DNA of 63,262 bases, filler included, from Octopus bimaculoides (lineage: Eukaryota), in assembly GCF_001194135.2 (NCBI RefSeq). It is 6 parts of 5 records of this genome, joined end to end, with 100 filler letters (N's around TTAATTAATTAA, not from the genome) between each part and the next. Parts side by side here need not be neighbours in the genome. Positions count along the whole stretch, not along the records: positions 62,072 to 63,262 come from NC_068994.1; 5 more parts are not named here. The stretch is one strand, 5' to 3'. Positions within the stretch are counted from its first letter, which is position 1. Every line of letters starts with the position of its first letter. Shown in pieces: positions 62,616 to 63,262 of this stretch. The notes beneath the pieces are model-generated. The model ran no database searches. It was not told where the DNA came from and saw only the letters and a list, made by a program, of their open reading frames with translations. A program made the translations under genes and the position numbers.

Positions 62616-63262
62616 TATATTTCAGTTGATAATTTAGTACCTCTTTAATATATGTAAGCATGTTCCATTGTCGCGTATTGAGAAGTAAGTTTTATTTCAC
62701 TGTGGTGGTAGAGAAATGAGAATGAGATGTAAGGTGACAAAATTCTTGAGATAGCGGTTAAGTGGTGCCCTCCGTACACTGGGAAGGTCAGAGGTGAAGA
62801 GGCTGACAATAGATTTCGCTTGAGAATGTTATTATCTGTTTAATATCTGTTACTATGTTCCATTGCCCTGTATTGATAAATGAGTTGTATTTCACTGTAG
62901 TCGTAGAGAAATGAGATGTAAGTGGTATATTTCAGTTGATAATTTAGTACCTCTTTAATATATGTAAGCATGTTCCATTGTCCCGTATTGAGAAGTAAGT
63001 TTTATTTCACTGTGGTGGTAGAGAAATGAGAATGAGATGTAAGGTGACAAAATTCTTGAGATAGTGGTTAAGTGGTGCCCTCCGTACACTGGGAAGGTCA
63101 GAGGTGAAGAGGCTGACAATAGATTTCGCTTGAGAATGTTATTATCTGTTTAATATCTGTTACCATGTTCCATTGCCCCGTATTGATAAGTAAGTTGTAT
63201 TTCACTGTGGTGGTAGAGAAATGAGAATGAGATGTAAGTGGACAAAATTTTAGAGATAGCAG
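62616..63262. repeat. 310-bp tandem repeat (2+ copies) with an internal sub-repeat
   Basis: Unit starts at 62616 and 62926; the ATGTTCCATTG...GAGATGTAAG block occurs twice per unit; runs off the window. Confidence 0.9.

Overview
AT-rich, repeat-dense eukaryotic genomic DNA, most likely from an octopus-like cephalopod (inferred from the SINE families and microsatellite load, not proven). Two spliced protein-coding genes are supported. (1) A complete 5-coding-exon, 341-aa kelch-only gene on the minus strand (CDS 11506->2613) closely resembling KLHDC8A/B. (2) Five plus-strand exons (44236-54628) of a divergent calpain-type penta-EF-hand domain, whose last three exon sizes (69/79/117 nt) match the vertebrate calpain pattern as recalled; its N-terminal and EF5 exons were not found. 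The calpain-like gene contains a U12-type (minor spliceosome) intron at 45451-48167 and an apparently complete minimal type I hammerhead ribozyme motif at 51062-51101; three further degenerate hammerhead-like copies lie at 29168-29300, 39577-39726 and 39839-39889. The remainder is SINEs (about five families), MITEs (Tc1/mariner, piggyBac, hAT), Helitrons, decayed LINE/Penelope/HERO/mariner/SWIM-YqaJ-type relics, several long inverted repeats, microsatellites, N gaps and five artificial 100-bp scaffold spacers (44N-TTAATTAATTAA-44N), so adjacency across those joins is unverified. No CRISPR array, rRNA or intact tRNA gene was found. All family assignments are from memory and manual alignment; no database search was run.
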